From the NCBI RefSeq assembly GCF_018977255.1, contig NW_024704743.1, positions 37,264,001-37,328,000 of the forward strand: 64,000 nt of DNA. The letters are read 5' to 3'. The position numbers and the translations under genes were made by a program. The DNA is from Callorhinchus milii. Lineage: Eukaryota. This document shows, piece after piece, positions 1-64,000 of this stretch. The number at the start of each line of letters is the position of its first letter. Positions within the stretch are counted from its first letter, which is position 1. A model generated the notes under the pieces. The model did not search any database and was not told the origin of the DNA. It worked only from the letters and a program-made list of their open reading frames with translations.

Positions 1-485
1 TCCAGCAGAAAGCAAAAAAGGGGTGAAACACCCTCAGAAGATTAGATAAAATTTCACAGCACCTAAATGGGCCATTCACCAGCCTGTAATGATAGCGAAG
101 AGTAGCTCCTGAAGACTGCTCTTACAACCCACAACACACCAGAAATCTGATTAAAGGGAGTAAGAAATGTCCAGCCCACACATGGATCTAACTGCAGCGT
201 ATCTGACATGCAGTTAAACTCAAACTCTGATGCTGCAAATGCTCAAACCGGTGAAACCATTTTTCACAATGGGATGCTGTACACTTTGGTTTCCACCAGC
301 AGAACAACAACCTAACATGCATCATTAGGTCACCTGGATGGTCACTAAGCTCTCCGAGACGCTGCCCAGTGTCAAGAATGCTATATAAATGTAAGGTGTT
401 TTAAAATACTTTGGTAGTCAGGACAACTCACTGATACAAACTGCTTCCAACCTCCATAATCTTCAGCGATTCAAAATATAACAAA

Positions 486-3400
486 GTGACTCTCTGGACA
501 GTGACCCTCTCTCTAGATACAGTGACTCTCTCTGAACACAGTGACTCTCTCTGAACACAGTGACACACTCTGGACACAGTGACACACTGGATACAGTGAC
601 ACACTGGACACAGTGACTCTGAACACTGACTCTCTGGACACAGTGACACACTCTGGATACAGTGACTCTCGACACTGACTTTACGGACACAGTGACTCTC
701 GCTGGACACAGTGACTCGCTGGACACAATGACTCTCTCGTTGGACACAGTGACTCTCTCTGGACACTGACTTTCCGGACCCAGTGACTCTCTCGCTGGAC
801 AGTGACTCTCGTTGGACAGTGTATCTCGCTGGACACAATGACACTCACTGGACACAGTGACACTCGCTGGTCACAGTGACACTCGTTGGACACAGTCACA
901 CTCGTTCTGGACAGTCACACTCTGGACACAGTGACTCTCTGGACACTGACTTTTTCTCTCTGGATACTGTGACTCTGTCTCTGGACACAGTGACTCTCTG
1001 TCTCTGGACACAGTGACTCTGTCTGGACACAGTGACTCTCTGTCTCTCTGGACACAGTGTCTCTCTCTGGACACAGTGACTCTCTCCTCTCTGGACACAG
1101 TGCCTCTGTCTCTGGACACTGTATCTCTGTCTCTGGACACAGTGACTCTCTCTCTGTCTCTGGACACAGTGTCTCTGTCTCTGGACACAGTGACTCTCTC
1201 TCTGTCTCTGGACACAGTGTCTCTGTCTCTCTGGACACAGTGTCTCTGTCTCTGGACACAGTGTCTCTGTCTCTCTGGACACAGTGCCTCTGTCTCTGGA
1301 CACTGTATCTCTGTCTCTGGACACAGTGTGTCTGTCTCTCTGGACACAGTGTCTCTGTCTCTCTGGACACAGTGTCTCTGTCTCTCTGGACACAGTGTCT
1401 CTGTCTCTCTGGACACAGTGCCTCTGTCTCTGGACACTGTGTCTCTGTCTCTGGACACAGTGACTTTCTCTGTCTCTGGACACAGTGACTCTCTGTCTCT
1501 GGACAGTGTCTCTGCCTCTGGACACTGTATCTCTGTCTCTGGACACAGTGCCTCTGTCTCTGGACACAGTGCCTCTGTCTCTGGCCACTGTGTCTCTGCC
1601 TCTGGACACAGTGCCTCTGTCTCTGGCCACTGTGTCTCTGTCTCGGGACACAGTGCCTCTGTCTCTGGACACAGTGCCTCTGTCTCTGGACACAGTGCCT
1701 CTGTCTCTGGACACAGTGCCTCTGTCTCTGGACACAGTGCCTCTGTCTCTGGACACAGTGTCTCTGTCTCTGGACACAGTGCCTCTGTCTCTGACACAGT
1801 GCCTCTGTCTCTGGTCACTGTGCCTCTGTCTCTGGACACAGTGCCTCTGTCTCTGGCCACTGTGCCTCTGTCTCTGGACACAGTGCCTCTGTCTCTGGCC
1901 ACTGTGTCTCTGTCTCTGGACACAGTGCCTCTGTCTCTGACACAGTGCCTCTGTCTCTGGACACAGTGCCTCTGTCTCTGGACACTGTGTCTATGTCTCT
2001 GGACACTGTGCCTTTGTCTCTGGACACAGTGCCTCTCTCTGTGGACACTGTGCCTCTCTCTGTGGACACAGTGACTCTCTCTGTGGACACAGTAACTCTC
2101 TGTGGACACAATGACTCTCTCTGTGGACAGAGTGACTCTCTCTGTGGACACAGTGACTCTCTCTGTGGACACTGCCTCTCTCTGTGGACACAGTAACTCT
2201 CTGTGTGGACACAGTGACTCTCTGTGTGGACACAGTGACTCTCTCTGTGGACACTGTGCCTCTCTCTGTGGACACAGTAACTCTCTGTGTGGACACAGTG
2301 ACTCTCTCTGTGGACACAGTGACTCTGTCTCTGACACAGTGCCTCTGTCTCTGGTCACTGTGCCTCTGTCTCTGGACACAGTGCCTCTCTCTCTGGACAC
2401 AGTGCCTCTGTCTCTGGACACTGTGTCTATGTCTCTGGACACTATGTCTATGTCTCTGGACACTGTGTCTCTGTCTCTGGACACTGTGTCTCTGTCTCTG
2501 GACACTGTGTCTCTGTCTCTGGACACAGTGACTCTCTCTATCTCTGGACACAGTGACTCTCTCTGTCTCTGGACACAGTGACTCTCTCTGTCTCTGGACA
2601 CAGTGCCTCTCTCTGTCTCTGGACACTGTGCCTCTCTCTGTCTCTGGACACTGTGCCTCTGTCTCTGGACACTGTGCCTCTGTCTCTGGACACTGTGCTT
2701 CTCTCTGTGGACGCAGTGACTCTCTCTGTGGACGCAGTGACTCTCTCTGTGGACACTGTGCCTCTCACTGTGGACACTGTGCCTCTCTCTGTGGACACTG
2801 TGCCTCTCTCTGTGGACACTGTGCCTCTCTCTGTGGACACTGTGCCTCTCTCTGTGGACACAGTGACTCTCTCTGTGGACACTGTGCCTCTCTCTGTGGA
2901 CACTGTGCCTCTCTCTGTGGACACTGTGCCTCTCTCTGTGGACACTGTGCCTCTCTCTGTGGACGCTGCCTCTCTCTGTGTACACAGTGCCTCTCTCTGT
3001 GTACACAGTGCCTCTCTCTGTGGACACTGTGACGCTCTCTGTGGACACAGTGCCTCTCTCTGTGGACACAGTGCCTCTCTCTGTGTGGACACAGTGCCTC
3101 TCTCTGTGTGGACACAGTGCCTCTGTCTCTGGACACAGTGTCTCTGTCTCTGGACACAGTGCCTCTGTCTCTGACACAGTGCCTCTGTCTCTGGTCACTG
3201 TGCCTCTGTCTCTGGTCACTGTGCCTCTGTCTCTGGACACAGTGCCTCTGTCTCTGGCCACTGTGCCTCTGTCTCTGGATACAGTGCCTCTGTCTCTGAC
3301 ACAATGCCTCTGTCTCTGGACACAGTGCCTCTGTCTCTGGACACTGTGTCTATGTCTCTGGACACTGTGTCTATGTCTCTGGACACTGTGTCTATGTCTC

Positions 3401-6065
3401 TGGACACTGTGTCTATGTCTCTGGACACTGTGCCTTTGTCTCTGGACACTGTGCCTTTGTCTCTGGACACAGTGCCTCTCTCTGTGGACACAGTGACTCT
3501 CTCTGTGGACACTGTGCCTCTCTCTGTGGACACTGTGCCTCTCTCTGTGGACACAGTGACTCTCTCTGTGGACACTGTGCCTCTCTCTGTGGACACTGTG
3601 CCTCTCTCTGTGGACACAGTGACTCTCTCTGTGGACACAGTGACTCTCTGTGTGGACACAGTGACTCTCTCTGTGGACACAGTGACTCTCTCTGTGGACA
3701 CAGTGACTCTGTCTCTGGTCACTGTGACTCTCTCTGTCTCTGGACACAGTGCCTCTCTCTGTCTCTGGACACAGTGCCTCTCTCTGTCTCTGGACACAGT
3801 GCCTCTCTCTGTCTCTGGACACAGTGCCTCTCTCTGTCTCTGGACACAGTGCCTCTCTCTGTTTCTGGACACAGTGCCTCTCTCTGTCTCTGGACACAGT
3901 GCCTCTGTCTCTGGACACAGTGCCTCTGTCTCTGGACACAGTGCCTCTGTCTCTGGACACTGTGCCTCTGTCTCTGGACACTGTGCCTCTGTCTCTGGAC
4001 ACTGTGCCTCTCTCTGTGGACGCAGTGACTCTCTCTGTGGACACTGTGCCTCTCTCTGTGGACACTGTGCCTCTCTCTGTGGACACTGTGCCTCTCTCTG
4101 TGGACACTGTGCCTCTCTCTGTGGACACAGTGCCTCTCTCTGTGGAAACTGTGCCTCTCTCTGTGGACTCAGTGACTCTCTCTGTGGACACTGTGCCTCT
4201 CTCTGTGGACACTGTGACTCTCTCTGTGGACACTGTGCCTCTCTCTGTGGACACTGTGCCTCTCTCTGTGGACACAGTACCTCTCTCTGGACACAGTGCC
4301 TCTCTCTGTGGACACTGTGCCTCTCTCTGTGGACACTGTGCCTCTCTCTGTGGACACAGTGACTCTCTCTGTGGACACAGTGACTCTCTCTGTGGACACA
4401 GTGACTCTCTCTGTGGACACTGTGCCTCTCTCTGTGGACACTGTAACTCTCTGTGTGGACACAGTGACTCTCTCTGTGGACACAGTGACTCTCTCTGTGG
4501 ACACAGTGACTCTGTCTCTGACACAGTGACTCTCTCTGTGGACACAGTGACTCTCTCTGTGGACACAGTGACTCTCTCTGTGGACACAGTGACTCTCTCT
4601 CTGTGGACACAGTGACTGTCTCTGACACAGTGACTCTCTCTCTGTGGACACAGTGACTCTGTCTCTGGACACAGTGACTCTCTGTCTCTGGACACAGTGC
4701 CTCTCTCTCTGTGGACACTGTGCCTCTCTCTGTGGACACAGTACCTCTCTCTGTGGACACAGTACCTCTCTGTGGACACAGTGACTCTCTCTGTGGACAC
4801 AGTGACTCTGTCTCTGGTCACTGTGACTCTCTCTGTCTCTGGACACAGTGCCTCTCTCTGTCTCTGGACACAGTGCCTCTGTCTCTGGACACAGTGCCTC
4901 TGTCTCTGGACACTGTGCCTCTGTCTCTGGACACTGTGCCTCTGTCTCTGGACACTGTGCCTCTGTCTCTGGACACTGTGCCTCTCTCTGTGGACACAGT
5001 AACTCTCTCTGTGGACACAGTGACTCTCTCTGTGGACACAGTGACTCTCTCTGTGGACACAGTGACTCTGTCTCTGGTCACTGTGACTCTCTCTGTCTCT
5101 GGACACAGTGCCTCTCTCTGTCTCTGGACACAGTGCCTCTCTCTGTCTCTGGACACAGTGCCTCTCTCTGTCTCTGGACACAGTGCCTCTGTCTCTGGAC
5201 ACTGTGCCTCTGTCTCTGGACACTGTGCCTCTCTCTGTGGACGCAGTGACTCTCTCTGTGGACACAGTGACTCTGTGGACACTGTGCCTCTCTCTGTGGA
5301 CACTGCCTCTCTCTGTGGACACAGTGCCTCTCTCTGTGGACTCAGTGACTCTCTCTGTGGACACAGTGACTCTCTCTGTGGACACAGTGACTCTCTTTGT
5401 GGACACGGTGACTCTCTCTGTGTACACTGTGCCTCTCTCTGTGGACACAGTACCTCTCTCTGTGGACTCAGTGACTCTCTCTGTGGACACAGTGACTCTC
5501 TCTGTGGACACAGTGCCTCTCTTTGTGGACACGGTGACTCTCTCTGTGTACACTGTGCCTCTCTCTGTGGACACAGTACCTCTCTCTGTGGACTCAGTGA
5601 CTCTCTCTGTGGACACAGTGACTCTCTCTGTGGACACTGTGCCTCTCTTTGTGGACACGGTGACTCTCTCTGTGTACACAGTGACTCTCTCTGTGGACAC
5701 TGTGCCTCTCTTTGTGGACACTGTGCCTCTCTCTGTGGACACAGTGACTCTGTGTCTGGACACAGTGCCTCTCTCTGTGGACACAGTGATTCTCTCTGTG
5801 GACACAGTGATTCTCTCTGTGGACACAGTGATTCTCTCTGTGGACACAGTGCCTCTCTGTGGACACTGTGCCTCTCTCTGTGGACACTGTGCCTCTCTCT
5901 GTGGACACAGTGACTCTCTGTCTCTGGACACAGTGACTCTGTCTCTGGACACAGTGCCTCTCTCTGTGGACACAGTGACTCTCTCTGTGGACACAGTGAC
6001 TCTCTGTGGACACAGTGTCTCTGTCTCTGGACACAGTGTCTCTGTCTCTGACACAGTGCCTCTGT
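486..6065. repeat. Complex tandem satellite, ~19-25 bp units (mode 21 bp)
   Basis: Units such as GGACACAGTGCCTCTGTCTCT and GGACACTGTGCCTCTCTCTGT repeated over ~5.6 kb. Confidence 0.98.
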
Positions 6066-6128
6066 CCGGGTCACGTGAGGAGCCACGTCAGTGGGGAGGA
6101 GCGCGCGGTCACGTGGTGCTGAGGGAAG

Positions 6129-6136
<8 letters not shown>
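6066..6136 (+). promoter_or_regulatory. SACM1L core promoter / 5' region: two CLEAR-like E-boxes, UPRE/GASE motif, TISU/YY1 element
   Basis: GTCACGTGAG 6070-6079; GCCACGTCA 6082-6090; GTCACGTGG 6108-6116; GAAGATGGCGGC 6125-6136; small CpG-rich patch ~6066-6270. Confidence 0.8.
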
Positions 6137-63745
<57,609 letters not shown>

Positions 63746-64000
63746 ATGTGTACCTGTGGAAAGCAGCTTGGTCAAGATTCTGCCCCAATGTGGAGGGTCT
63801 ACTGACCTGCTTTTCACACCAAACATGTTGTTCTTTTTAAAGAAGTTTGATTTCTACGAGTGAAAATAATGGTGGTGGAGTGCAGTCAGGCTCCGATCGT
63901 TCAGCCTTAGCCATGATTAATGTTCTTTTTGTCATTCTGACCGTTTTTTCAGAATCTCACTAATGAAACAACAAAATTTGTTCTTCATTCCATCTTTCTA

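Noticed and set aside
1..485. Neighbouring upstream gene
   Set aside because: Only an L2-tail-like remnant (~350-400); no supportable exon.
871..6054. 1727-aa minus-strand ORF and the many overlapping ORFs in the satellite
   Set aside because: These arise from stop-poor ~21-bp units. They are open in several frames on both strands, with no domain or gene structure.
486..6065. CRISPR-like array
   Set aside because: No unique spacers, no cas genes, and the context is vertebrate.

Overview
Eukaryotic (vertebrate) genomic DNA. The repeat content (Deu-domain SINEs, L2, CR1 with a HER1/HE1-like tail) suggests a cartilaginous fish; this is inference. The window holds one complete plus-strand gene, SACM1L (SAC1, the ER/Golgi PI4P phosphatase). 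I traced 20 coding exons by hand from ATG 6129 to TGA 63745. Phases are consistent, giving 1764 nt and 587 aa with an intact CX5R(T) motif, two C-terminal TM segments and a KxKxx end. Intron 7 is a GT-AG U12-type intron. The compact promoter (two CLEAR-like E-boxes, a UPRE/GASE motif and a perfect TISU/YY1 start context) lies between a 5.6-kb ~21-bp satellite rich in CACAGTG/CACTGTG and a ~0.9-kb polypyrimidine tract. Introns are full of L2 and CR1 fragments, several tRNA-derived SINE families and non-autonomous DNA transposons. The long ORFs in the supplied track are repeat artefacts or LINE remnants. I cannot demonstrate a new biological system. The best leads are a candidate frame-compatible alternative exon 7 inside the U12 intron, the satellite-abutted promoter, and modular head/tail exchange among the SINEs. 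Exon boundaries are exact as read; repeat boundaries are approximate, and family names come from recall, not database search.
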